Assembly: GCA_963768425.1 (NCBI GenBank)
Contig: CAVYHV010000017.1
Coordinates: forward strand, 96,001-160,000
Source: Candidatus Bathyarchaeota archaeon
GTDB taxonomy: Archaea > Thermoproteota > Bathyarchaeia > Bathyarchaeales > Bathycorpusculaceae
Length of the DNA stretch: 64,000 nucleotides
Direction of reading: 5' to 3'
Position 1 is the first letter of the stretch, and the number at the start of each line of letters is the position of its first letter. Both the position numbers and the translations under genes were made by a program. Under the pieces are notes generated by a model, which did not search any database, was not told where the DNA came from, and was given only the letters and a program-made list of their open reading frames with translations. Positions 40,851 to 50,989 of the stretch are shown piece after piece.

Positions 40851-41687
40851 ATGAAAACTCAAAACCAAAGCAACTGGCAAAGTATCCTTCTCGAATGCAA
40901 AAACAATGTTCAGAAAAGCATCGCGCCCTGCCTCAAAACTATCAAAGAAACTCAACCCAACCTTGGAGTGGGCGCAGGCGGCGACTCGATGAAGCCTATG
41001 GATTTAGCGGCTGAAAAAGCGATCATAGACACCTTGAACCTACATAAAGTTTCGTTTACTTTAATCAGCGAGGAATCGGGGGTAAAGCAATTTGGCGAGT
41101 CGGCGAATGAGTGTTTTGTTACGGTTGACCCGATTGATGGAAGCACAAATTTCATGCGTGGCTTACCCTTCTACGCATGCTCTATCGCGGTTTCAGATAA
41201 GCCTCGGCTAGCGGATGTTTACGCTGGGTTGGTCGCAGACCTCTTCCATGATGTGACGTACACTGCTTTATTGGGGAAAGGCGCATTCCGGGACGGAAAA
41301 AAGATTGAACCCTCAAAAACTGCGTCGTTGGATGAGGCGCTGATAGGTTTAGATCTGAATACTTACAAAGTCAAAGAGGTTGCGCCCAAAGTAACTGCAC
41401 TTATCGAGAAAACTAAGCATATACGCCACTTCGGTGCAAACGCGCTGGAACTCTGCTACGTGGCCGATGGCTCAACAGACGCGTTCGTCGACTTACGAGG
41501 GAAACTGCGCACAACTGACGTCGCAGCGGGTTTCCTCATCATAAAAGAGGCAGGCGGAATTGTTACAACCCCAGATGATCAAGCCATAGATGTCGAGTTA
41601 GACCCTAAGCGGACGTTGAGTTTTATCGCTTCAAGCAACAGGAAAATCCACGAAAAAATCTTAAGCCTGGTTAAAAAACCATGTTAA
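40851..41687 (+). CDS. inositol monophosphatase / FBPase family protein
   Basis: ISEE, DPIDGSTN, RTTDVAAG motifs. Confidence 0.92.
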   Translation: MKTQNQSNWQSILLECKNNVQKSIAPCLKTIKETQPNLGVGAGGDSMKPMDLAAEKAIIDTLNLHKVSFTLISEESGVKQFGESANECFVTVDPIDGSTNFMRGLPFYACSIAVSDKPRLADVYAGLVADLFHDVTYTALLGKGAFRDGKKIEPSKTASLDEALIGLDLNTYKVKEVAPKVTALIEKTKHIRHFGANALELCYVADGSTDAFVDLRGKLRTTDVAAGFLIIKEAGGIVTTPDDQAIDVELDPKRTLSFIASSNRKIHEKILSLVKKPC

Positions 41688-42503
41688 GTTTGCTTTGGCC
41701 CAACCCTGCTGCAATGGTAAAGACGGGAAACGTCAAGACTCTTCTCATCGCCGACCCACACATAGGATGGGAAATGGAGCTCCAGGAAAAAGGCATCCAT
41801 GTGCCCAGCCAGACACCCAAAATCCTCAACAAACTAACCACAATTCTGTGCAGGTACAAGCCTCAGCAACTAGTTATCGTCGGCGACGTGAAGTACACGA
41901 TTGTTTCAAGCGAACTCGGCGAGTGGCATGACGTACCCGACTTCTTCACCAAATTGCAAAGCATTCATTGGAAACATAGCAGTTGTCCGGGGAAACCACG
42001 ACGCGAACATAGAGCCTCTTCTGCCAGAAAACATCAAGCTTCTACCCGCAACTGGCATAACAATCGGCGATGTAGGCGTTTTTCACGGACACAAGTGGCC
42101 GTCGCCTGCGCTGCTCGGCTGCAAAACGCTTGTGATGGGGCACCTGCATCCCGTTGTTGTATTCCGTGACCCGGCAGGCTTTAAAATTACAAGGCAAGTC
42201 TGGATTAGGGCAACCTGCGACACCGAAACGCTTGGAAAGATTCTTCTGCAAAAACACCATGTAAGAATCGAGGGTTCAGTCGCCAAAACTTTGCAAAAGC
42301 ACTATGGAGTCAAGCTTAAAGTGAAGGAGATTTTCATAATGCCCAGCTTCAACGATTTCTTAGGCGGCAGACCTGTAAACGAGACTAGACCAAGAAAAGA
42401 AATCGGCGGAGAAGCATTGATTGGACCCGTGTTGCGTTCGGAGGCTGTGGATGTGGATAACTCTGAGCTTTACTTGTTGGACGGGACCTATCTTGGGACC
42501 TGA
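41681..42503 (+). CDS. calcineurin-like metallophosphoesterase, split by indel
   Basis: ADPHIG, GD, GNHD, HGH, GHLHP, MPSFN motifs. Confidence 0.9.
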
Positions 42504-42712
42504 ACCAGCTAAGAAAGCTTTAAGACAAAACGTGGGTCCCACCGTTTTTGTTGGAATCAAATCATAACGAAACAGGTGACTACGAGTTCGAAAAGCAAAG
42601 AAGGGGAACCTAATCTGCATCAAAGGTCTGCTGTTCGGTTAGAGTTTGCTGGTTAATTCTTATATTTGCCGCATGTTATAAGCATATTATAGTTTGAGTG
42701 GAGGAAAATGAA

Positions 42713-42868
42713 ATGAAACTTGTAACAGTCTTGTTGCCAGAAGCATATCTGGAAGGTTTAGATGAACTTGTACGAGCGAACATGTACCCGAGCAGAAGCA
42801 GCGTCATAAGGTCAGCAGTTCGAGACCTTCTTAAGAAAGAGCTTTGGGAAAACAAACGCGGAAGATAA
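42713..42868 (+). CDS. ribbon-helix-helix regulator, CdrS/aCcr1-like (51 aa, below ORF-track cutoff)
   Basis: GGAGG RBS; MKLVTVLLPEAYLEGLDELVRANMYPSRSSVIRSAVRDLLKKELWENKRGR. Confidence 0.9.
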   Translation: MKLVTVLLPEAYLEGLDELVRANMYPSRSSVIRSAVRDLLKKELWENKRGR

Positions 42869-42873
42869 GCCGC

Positions 42874-43643
42874 TTAAACCCCTTTTATTGAATCTAAAAT
42901 TTCGCCTGCCGCCTTGGCGGGGTCAACTGCAAGAGTAATTTCTCTTCCGATGATAAGATAGTTGGCGCCTGCTTTAAGTGCGGTTTCCGCAGAGCCGCCC
43001 TGCGCACCTACGCCTGGGGAATAAATCGCTACTTTTTCGCCAACAATCTGTTTCACTTCAGTTATTTTTTGTGGGAAAGTTGCGCCGACCACTATTCCGT
43101 CTGCACGATACTTTACAGCTTTTTCAGCAAAAGAAAGGTACTGCAGCTTTTGCTTGCCCGTTTCCGTGTCAATTATGGTTTGTCCGTAGCCTTCTTGTGC
43201 CCCTCTGTGGCTCATGTAGCAAAGAAGTATAATGCCTCGGTTAAGTCGCTGGGAAACTTCAAAGAGCGGTTTTAAGCCTTCTTCCCAACCGATGAATGGG
43301 TTCGCAATCAACGCGTCAAAGCCAGCTGCAAAGTAATATTGCGCTATGACTTGGTTGGTGGAGCCTATATCGTTGACTTTAGCATCCATAATCGCTATCA
43401 GTCCTTGCCCTCGAATTTTCTCCACGAGCTGCTGAACGCCGTCGAACGTACCTAAGCGGAAGAACAAGATGATGATTTATCTTGACTGCACAAATGTAGG
43501 GATGAACCGCTTTGAGGATACTTTGAGCTTTAGCCAAGATTTTGCTTCGGTCTTCTGGAGCTTCAAACGGTAAATCTAAGGCTAAAACTATTCGAGAACC
43601 CTTACTCTTAGCTGCTTCCTGAATTTTCGCGCTAATAAGACAA
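42874..43643 (-). CDS. pyrF: orotidine-5'-phosphate decarboxylase, split by indels
   Basis: IVLALD (read by hand), DAKVNDIGST, SPGVGAQGG, IIGR motifs. Confidence 0.93.
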
Positions 43644-43793
43644 TAAAGTCGCCTCTTGCTGTATCAATTTAATCGCTTGACTATTTCATTTTTTCGCCTG
43701 CTTCAAAAATCTTTGGATCATTTGGCCACGAGAAAAAATTCAACCTAAAGAAAATGGAGAAAAACAGAAAATCAATAGTTAAAAAATGTCGGC

Positions 43794-44490
43794 TTACATT
43801 GGCCAAGCATTTGTGCTGTAAGCGTCCAAATGATCTCGGTGGATATTACCGGGTTATTGTAGTCGGTTATGGCTACTATGCTGGTCGCCATTCCTGTTTG
43901 TTTGTCAAAGTATACTTGGTCGTATGTCGAGCCTTGTGTGCTGCCCGTCGGATCTTGAGTGTAGTAAATCAGACTTGTAGCCGTATAATAGTTTGTTTCT
44001 CTTGACCCCTGGATAAGTTGTTGTAATCGGTGCCGTTAATGTGGACACCTTGATAGAGATGAGGGTAAATCGTCTGGTTTGCATTCATGTCAGCAGGGTA
44101 AAGCGGATAAAACCCGCTTTGATCACTCAAAATTCCAGAAGCCAAATCAATCGTCTGAGGACTATCAAATTTTGTTCCATTTCGCAACACCCAATCCGTG
44201 TCAAGCGTCACTCTTGTTCCGTTAATGGCTGTCACAGTGACTTTGTAGTACTGGGTGGCGTTATAAATTCCAAAATCTGAACTTATCGTATCGGGAACTG
44301 GACCTGAACTGGAGCCTGATAGAGCGTACGTAAAGGTGTCACCGACCTGAACGCCGACTTTTGTAGTGGTGTTGGTAGATTGCTTCGGATTTGACAAGAC
44401 AACAGCCGCAACAACTCCCACTACAATTACAGCTAATAGAACGACGGCGAGAATTATCTTCTTGTTTACACCCTTCTTTTTGAAAGCCAT
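43794..44490 (-). CDS. membrane-anchored secreted hypothetical protein, split by indels
   Basis: Basic N-terminus plus TM helix, VGVQVGDTFTY; continues in another frame (YFDKQTGM) to ~43794. Confidence 0.7.
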
Positions 44491-44655
44491 GGAGACATGA
44501 GTATATAGTCAGGTATTTAGTTTTTTCCCAAAAAGACATTGAACCTACGAAACCGGTTTTCCCGCAGAAAACATTAGAGTAAACAGTTGCTGAAGGAAGA
44601 TATTTGAGGTAAATTTAAGAGAAAGAAGATTTATTTAGAGAGTCGGTGGAATAGA

Positions 44656-45721
44656 TTGTATTGCCATAATTGTGGTGCTCAGCTTCCAGACGACGCTGCG
44701 TTCTGCACTAAATGCGGAACGAGCACAGGAATAAATACGTTAAAGCCAACTTCGGCAGCTGGACCTGTTCTTGCACCTTCGGGAGTAACATCCTTGAAAT
44801 GTCCGAGTTGCGGAGCACCGATTGCGCCTAAGTTCGGAGAAATGGTTATCACTTGCGAGTACTGTGGCACTGGAGTGACCTTGGGAAGCCAAGGGTGGAC
44901 TAACATTCAGAAGCAGACAATGCTGGTTTTGAAGGTTGCCACCGTTGACCAAGTGAATTCGATAATCACGCCCATGATGGATAAAGGTCTTCTCCACAGG
45001 CACCTTCACGAAGACTCTAAACAAGAAGAAATGAGCCTCACCTACGTGCCTTACTGGATTGTAAGCGTCTCAGCTAGAACAAGCATCGTCGCCACAGACG
45101 AAACAGCCCAAATTGCACAGACAGCTACAACGGCCGCTTTGATGGGTGTAATATTCGGCGGCATGGGAGGGGGCTTCGGAGGAGGCGGCGGTCGACGAGG
45201 CGGTGGATTCGGAGGAAGACGCGCTTATCAAGGCCAATCAGTGGACAACCCGTTTGCAGGCATTTTCGGGCTTAAACGAATAAGAATCATGGCTTGGGGG
45301 ATGGGGATGGGTTACGGCGGCGGAGCTAAGAAAATCCGAGCAGATGGACATGAACTACAATTTCCCAGTTATCGCATTAAAAGCCCTCACTGATTATCAG
45401 CCCCGCGACTACCAATTCAACCTGGAGGGCAGAGAACTGTTTGATATTTCTAAGCTGCCCAAAGACGTCAAAATCTTAAATGGCGATATCAGTGAAGACG
45501 TAGCCAAATCCCAGGCGAAAACCCTTGTCGATCAGCTTCAATCACAAAAGGCACATGAAAAATACCACATGATACAGTCCATACATACTGATTCGGACAT
45601 TGGCGACGTAGAATTGCTTCATGCACCCGTATGGTTCTCAAAGTTCGACCACAAAGGGAACAAAATCGTTCTAGTTGTCGACGCCAACTCAGGCAGAGTA
45701 ATCAACAGTCTCGGCATCTAA
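44656..45721 (+). CDS. double zinc-ribbon protein with Gly-rich segment, split by indel
   Basis: CHNCG..FCTKCG and CPSCG..CEYCG ribbons; YVPYW and HAPVW..VDANSG C-terminal domain. Confidence 0.8.
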
Positions 45722-45872
45722 GATCACTCTACCCAAACTTTATTTCTATAATTTGCCAGTAACCAAGAATTTGCCGAATCCATTTTGCCTTTTTCATACA
45801 ACCAAGATTTTTAGCGAGAAAACAATAGCGAAAAAAGATTAGTTTTAAAAAAAAAACTAAAATGAGAAAAGT

Positions 45873-46211
45873 TTAGTCGGTTTTTTCTTCAGTTACTGGC
45901 TCGGCAGCGGCTTTCTCTGCTTCTTTTGTTACTTGCTCAACTGGCAAACCTTTAGCTGCCCGTCTCGCTACTACGCCGAGCTTTGTCAGTGGTGTGTAAG
46001 CTCCACCCGAGTAGGTGTAACTGCATTTGCCGCATTTCCAGATGCCGACGCTTTCACGGTGTACCCGCACGAATCCGCAATTTGGGCATTTGTGGGGTTT
46101 TTTGAGTTCAGTGACGACTTTGATATAGCGTTTCCTAACTGTGGCACCGTAACGTGGCCCTAAACCTCTTGTTGGACCGACTTTCTTTGTTTTAGGCACT
46201 TCTTTCACCAA
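45873..46211 (-). CDS. rpl37ae: 50S ribosomal protein L37Ae (eL43)
   Basis: GPRYG, CPNC, GIWKCGKC, GGAYTP motifs. Confidence 0.96.
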   Translation of the reverse strand: MVKEVPKTKKVGPTRGLGPRYGATVRKRYIKVVTELKKPHKCPNCGFVRVHRESVGIWKCGKCSYTYSGGAYTPLTKLGVVARRAAKGLPVEQVTKEAEKAAAEPVTEEKTD

Positions 46212-46996
46212 TCAAACTTCTTGCGTATTTCGACTGCTTTCTCCTGAGCAATCTTTGATGCCTCTAAAATCTGTTGCGGTGTAAAGTAGCCTGAGCCGCC
46301 TTTCTGAGTAGCGCAAATCTTGCCTTCGCTGTTGGTTGCAATTGTTATTCGGGAATCCATAACCTTTTCTTCTTCAAGCCATGGATCTACAATCAAAACA
46401 TTGTTTATTTTGCCCATGGTTACGGTTACTGGATGGCTTTTCATAGGTAATGAAGTGTATCCCTGTTTCATCTTCAATTCGCCATCTTTGATCTCATAGT
46501 TTGGCATCTTCGTGTTCATTAATGCAGCTACAGCAGCTAATGCGGCGCAGTCAATCAGGTTCCCATCATGGTTCAGCACGTAAACGTCAACGAAAACAAC
46601 AAATACTTTCTTGCCTGGCTCAATACAAAGTTTTTCAGTGTCAATTGCGTGAGATTCGCGGATACCTCGGTCAACAACTCTTGCAAGCTCAATTGAGTTT
46701 TCGTCTGGTGGTCCTGGCTCAAAATTCGGTGAAGCCAACGGCACAAGTTCAGCGTTAACTGTCATTACACCTTCATTTGGTGTGTCTGGGAACGGCTCGC
46801 CTGTTTCAACTTTTACGCCTGCAAGAACCTCAGATTTGCCAAGATAACATCGTGCTGACCCTTCAGCTCGTTCGATTAAGCCTTGCTCGATTTTGATTTC
46901 TCTGTAGTCATGTAAGCCTCGTTCGTCTAGGCGTTTTCCTTTTTCGAGAAGCCCTTCTATTTGCTTCAGTCTAACTTTAGTTATAAGTGATGACAT
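46205..46996 (-). CDS. rrp42: exosome subunit Rrp42
   Basis: AEGSA, FEPGPPDE, ELARVVDRGIRES, HDGNLID motifs. Confidence 0.96.
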   Translation of the reverse strand: MSSLITKVRLKQIEGLLEKGKRLDERGLHDYREIKIEQGLIERAEGSARCYLGKSEVLAGVKVETGEPFPDTPNEGVMTVNAELVPLASPNFEPGPPDENSIELARVVDRGIRESHAIDTEKLCIEPGKKVFVVFVDVYVLNHDGNLIDCAALAAVAALMNTKMPNYEIKDGELKMKQGYTSLPMKSHPVTVTMGKINNVLIVDPWLEEEKVMDSRITIATNSEGKICATQKGGSGYFTPQQILEASKIAQEKAVEIRKKFDW

Positions 46997-47733
46997 TACT
47001 CTTCACCAGTCTCCTTAACAACCATATACTTGGTTTTTAACGCTTCCTTCTGCATTTCATAGATTTTCTTGCATCCTTCCATAGCCATTCCGATGGCTTT
47101 TTCAAATTCTTCTGGCGCAAGGATGCCGTCCATTTGAAGCAGCGTAATCGCGTTTAGTGCGGGCATGTAAGCTACTGGCACATCGGCGGCGCCAAGCTTG
47201 TCTTCGGCGTCATAAAGATCCAAGACTACTGTGTCGTCCACCTTTCCAGCTGCACAACCTACTACTAAGTCGCGCATTGGAACGCCTGCGTCAGCGATGG
47301 CCAAGGCAGCCGCTGTGATTGCAGCACAACGTGTTCCACCGTCAGCTTGCAAGACTTCAACGAAAACGTCTACGCCTGTCCGCGGATAAAGCTCCAAGAA
47401 CAAAGCTGGCTCTAAAGCTTCTCTTATGACTTTTGAGAGTTCAACTTCCCTTCTAGAAGGTGCGGGTGATTTACGTTCCTGTACTGAGAAAGGAGCCATG
47501 TGATAGCGGCACCGCAAAACCATGCGGTCTGGCTGAGCCAAATGTTTAGGATGCATCTCTCTTGGGCCAAATGCAGCGGCTAAGATCTTGTTTTTGCCAT
47601 GTTCAATATAGGCTGATCCGTCAGCGTTTGATAATACTCCGACTTGAAGCTTCAAAGGTCGAAGCTCGTCTGCTTTTCTACCATCCGATCTGATGCCTTT
47701 TTTATCAATCAGTTTTTCGGGTTTTTCATTCAT
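46996..47733 (-). CDS. rrp41: exosome subunit Rrp41
   Basis: [33 protein letters not shown] motifs. Confidence 0.97.
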   Translation of the reverse strand: MNEKPEKLIDKKGIRSDGRKADELRPLKLQVGVLSNADGSAYIEHGKNKILAAAFGPREMHPKHLAQPDRMVLRCRYHMAPFSVQERKSPAPSRREVELSKVIREALEPALFLELYPRTGVDVFVEVLQADGGTRCAAITAAALAIADAGVPMRDLVVGCAAGKVDDTVVLDLYDAEDKLGAADVPVAYMPALNAITLLQMDGILAPEEFEKAIGMAMEGCKKIYEMQKEALKTKYMVVKETGEE

Positions 47734-48448
47734 TCTTGTTTTCCTCCACTTTTTCTTCAACTTTACCTTTACGTTCTTTAAGCAACTGTGTTATGCGATC
47801 TGTGAGGCCACTTGTATGAGACTCTTGCTCAATTTTTTTGATTACCTCTATCGCGAGATCTTCATCCTCAAGGGCCTTGCCGGTGACCAAAATAACTCCG
47901 TTCAATCCAAGAATAATTTGGCAACCTGTTTCCTGTTTTATCATTGAAATCATTGATCCTTTTCTTCCGATTACCCTTGGAATCTTTGTCGGTGTCACAT
48001 GAAGGATTTGCCCTCGCGTGATCTTTCCCAGTCCTGGCTCTCCAACGGTGAGCTGTGGGTCATGGGCTCGGTCGTATGAAGCGATTTTTGCAACTATCAA
48101 GTCGCCTGCGTTCAGAACTGCAGATAGCTCGTCGTTTTGAGGCTTAAAAGGCCTAGCTAAAACGTCTGAGGCACGTAGGAGCGCTGTGTAGGGTGCTTTA
48201 ATGTCGATTGTCCATCCGTTAAACCCAACTTCGAGGACTGTCCCTATCACAATGTCTCCCATTTTGGGCACATAAAACGCCCTTAATGCGACCACGTTTA
48301 CTTTTTTGTTATCGGTATCTACAAGTCCGATTCTTGAGGCGTAAATCTTGTTTTGCTCCATGTATGTGTTTTCGCCAGGCAAGTATTCGCCTTCAGCGAC
48401 AAGTTCTCCCGGCGTCACAAGCTGTTTTTTTTCAAAGAATATTGGCAT
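47726..48448 (-). CDS. rrp4: exosome RNA-binding subunit Rrp4
   Basis: S1 and KH domains; [18 protein letters not shown]. Confidence 0.96.
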   Translation of the reverse strand: MPIFFEKKQLVTPGELVAEGEYLPGENTYMEQNKIYASRIGLVDTDNKKVNVVALRAFYVPKMGDIVIGTVLEVGFNGWTIDIKAPYTALLRASDVLARPFKPQNDELSAVLNAGDLIVAKIASYDRAHDPQLTVGEPGLGKITRGQILHVTPTKIPRVIGRKGSMISMIKQETGCQIILGLNGVILVTGKALEDEDLAIEVIKKIEQESHTSGLTDRITQLLKERKGKVEEKVEENKNE

Positions 48449-48477
48449 TAAATCTTCACCATCCATTTATCTTTCTT

Positions 48478-49167
48478 TTACGAGATTATTTTTGCTTCTC
48501 CACTTCCTTTGGTTACGTCGCCAAGTTTAGTCAGCAACGAGGCGTAGGATCCAGCGGGCAACTCTAATTCGCCATACCACGAGCCGTCTCCACGCCATTC
48601 CTCCCGTTTTATAGTTCCTAAGGTTTTTACTGACCCATAAGCCCGTGCAGAGTATTGTGCGGGAACCTTCACTGCTACTATAACTTGCTCGATTTTCAGG
48701 GGCAAAATCGGACGTAGCAGCTTAACGATGTCTCTTGCTTGTTCCTCAACTGGTTTGTACGGGTCAATCGGGTAACGTATCTGATCCATCGCGTTCTCGA
48801 TGCGCATTGGAGGATGCGGCAGGTTTGTCTTTGGGTCTACTGCTTGTCGGGAGATGAAATCTATTATTTGTCTTCTTTTGTCTTCCACCATTTTTCGTCT
48901 TTGTTCAGTTGTAAGCTGAAGCGTTCCCTTCTTCAGTATGATATCGGCGATTTGCAGTGCATTCACTGTTCCAAAGGCTTTGTGCATAGATTCCTCTGAA
49001 ACTTTGGTTCCTTTGTTTGCGTCAGAAAAAATCAGTTCAGCAGCTAAAACTTCGGTTATTCCTGAGATTTTTCCGTTGCGGTAGTCAAGTGCTTTTTGAG
49101 GTTTGACTAGGATTTCAAAATGCTCGTTTTCTTTTGTTAGGCGTGCAACGGTGAACTTTTCACTCAT
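48478..49167 (-). CDS. ribosome maturation factor SBDS/Sdo1
   Basis: HFEILV, QLTTEQR, PHPPMRIE motifs. Confidence 0.96.
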   Translation of the reverse strand: MSEKFTVARLTKENEHFEILVKPQKALDYRNGKISGITEVLAAELIFSDANKGTKVSEESMHKAFGTVNALQIADIILKKGTLQLTTEQRRKMVEDKRRQIIDFISRQAVDPKTNLPHPPMRIENAMDQIRYPIDPYKPVEEQARDIVKLLRPILPLKIEQVIVAVKVPAQYSARAYGSVKTLGTIKREEWRGDGSWYGELELPAGSYASLLTKLGDVTKGSGEAKIIS

Positions 49168-49174
49168 CAGGTTT

Positions 49175-49903
49175 TCACTTGCTTGAACCCAGCTCTTTGA
49201 TGTAGCCTTCCACTTTGTCGTCTGCCAGCATTTCCATTTTCTTTGTCTCTAAGGGTATGATCGCGATCTTTATTCTTGGAGGCAGCTGTCGTGCTTCTAA
49301 GGCTTTGACTAAGCATTTTACTGCTAGTTTGATGCCTGCTTCGAGCGATAAGTCGTCTTTGTAGTCTTCTTTGAGGATTGACAGGACGGTTTCTCTTCCT
49401 GCGCCAAGTGCTGTGGCTTTGTATCCTCGGTAGGTTCCGCTTGGATGTGTGCCGAAGACACGTGTACCTGTTTTGTCGACGCCGCCGAAGATTATTGAGA
49501 CTCCGAAGGGTCGAACACCGGCGTGCTGCGTGTACATCTGCTGGATGTCGCATATTCTTTTGGTGACGACTTCAACATCTATGGGTTCATCGTAGGTTAA
49601 TTTGTTACTTTGAGCGTAAATCCGCGCTTGATCGATAAGTATTCGGGCGTCTGAACTTAAACCGACTATCGCCGCGCCGATATGATCATCTACCCTGAAG
49701 ATTTTCCATGAGTACCCTGCTTCTTCAAGGACTTCGATGTTTTCTTCTGAGCCCAAAACTAAGCCTTCTTGGCATTGGATGCCTAAGATGGTGGCTCCAC
49801 GGTTCACTAGTTCCATTGCGTATTCGACTTGGAAGAGTCGTCCGTCCGGCGAGAAAACGGTTATTGCACGGTCATATGCTCCTGGTGCTGCAAAGACTGA
49901 CAT
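49175..49903 (-). CDS. psmA: proteasome alpha subunit
   Basis: YDRAITVFSPDGRLFQVEYA, RPFGVS motifs. Confidence 0.97.
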   Translation of the reverse strand: MSVFAAPGAYDRAITVFSPDGRLFQVEYAMELVNRGATILGIQCQEGLVLGSEENIEVLEEAGYSWKIFRVDDHIGAAIVGLSSDARILIDQARIYAQSNKLTYDEPIDVEVVTKRICDIQQMYTQHAGVRPFGVSIIFGGVDKTGTRVFGTHPSGTYRGYKATALGAGRETVLSILKEDYKDDLSLEAGIKLAVKCLVKALEARQLPPRIKIAIIPLETKKMEMLADDKVEGYIKELGSSK

Positions 49904-50320
49904 AATGTTAACCTCACTTTACACAATACACTTTTTCAACAACTCATATAATAACCACACTAAAAACCTTTCCTAGCCGAAAAGCATTTGAGGCAAAATA
50001 GACAGTGACGGATTTTTTCAATTTAGATGTTTGCAGAAAACAGAGTGATGTTTGCTTCCTCTTATTGTGCTGGTTTTTGCAACAAACAGTAGCCTGACTT
50101 GTTGGGTCCCGCTCTATCTTTCTCACTGTCTACCTCCGCGGTTCGCTTTAGAACCTAAATAGGCTTATCATTGAGGCCCAAATAAACAAGTATATCGGTG
50201 CTGTGAACTGCACCATCGAGTTTCCATTTAAGTTCTGTCTTTTTAAGATGACATTTATAGCTCTGGCAAACCAAATAGTTCCGCAATACTTTTCACAGTA
50301 GAGAAGGCAAGATAAAGATA

Positions 50321-50989
50321 GTGGCTCAATCCCGTGCGGCAACAATCATGAAGATACTGCAAGATACTTTAGCTTTGCCGAGGCTGGTTAAGCCGAAAGC
50401 TGACCCATTTGAAACATTGATTGTAACCATTATTTCACAGAACACGGCAGACACCAACACTGAGAGAGCCTTCGAAGCCTTATCGAAGCACTTCGAAATT
50501 ACCCCCCAAACGCTGGCTGGCGCTCAATTAAGCGAAATTGAAGATTGCCTTCACATTGCGGGCTTGTACCACAGTAAAGCCAAAGCAATACAGGCAGTCT
50601 CAAAAATCATTATTGAAAAATTTCAGGGCTCTCTTGCGTCAGTCTTGTCTAAGCCGCTTGATGAAGCGAGAAAGACGCTTATGGCGTTGCCAGGAGTAGG
50701 ACCGAAAACGGCAGACGTTGTGTTGCTTTTCTCAGCCAACCAACCCACAATTCCAGTGGACACCCATGTAAATCGCGTTTCTAAACGGCTTCATTTAGCC
50801 CCGGCAGACGGCGACTACGAGGCTGTTCGGTTGAGTCTCCAGTCGATTTTTAAGCCTAAGGATTACTTGGCGGTTCATCTGTTGTTGATTGCGCACGGCA
50901 GAAAGTTCTGCAAAGCAAGCTGCCCACATTGCCATGAGTGCCCAGTTTACGATTATTGCCCGTCAAACTTTTTGGGGGATAAAGCATGA
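50321..50989 (+). CDS. nth: endonuclease III (HhH-GPD, 4Fe-4S)
   Basis: SQNT, LPGVGPKTA, VDTHV, C-x6-C-x2-C-x5-C motifs. Confidence 0.95.
   Translation: MAQSRAATIMKILQDTLALPRLVKPKADPFETLIVTIISQNTADTNTERAFEALSKHFEITPQTLAGAQLSEIEDCLHIAGLYHSKAKAIQAVSKIIIEKFQGSLASVLSKPLDEARKTLMALPGVGPKTADVVLLFSANQPTIPVDTHVNRVSKRLHLAPADGDYEAVRLSLQSIFKPKDYLAVHLLLIAHGRKFCKASCPHCHECPVYDYCPSNFLGDKA

Noticed and set aside
45155-45325. GGC/GGA-rich low-complexity repeat
   Set aside because: Encodes the Gly-rich segment of the zinc-ribbon protein; not a DNA repeat element.
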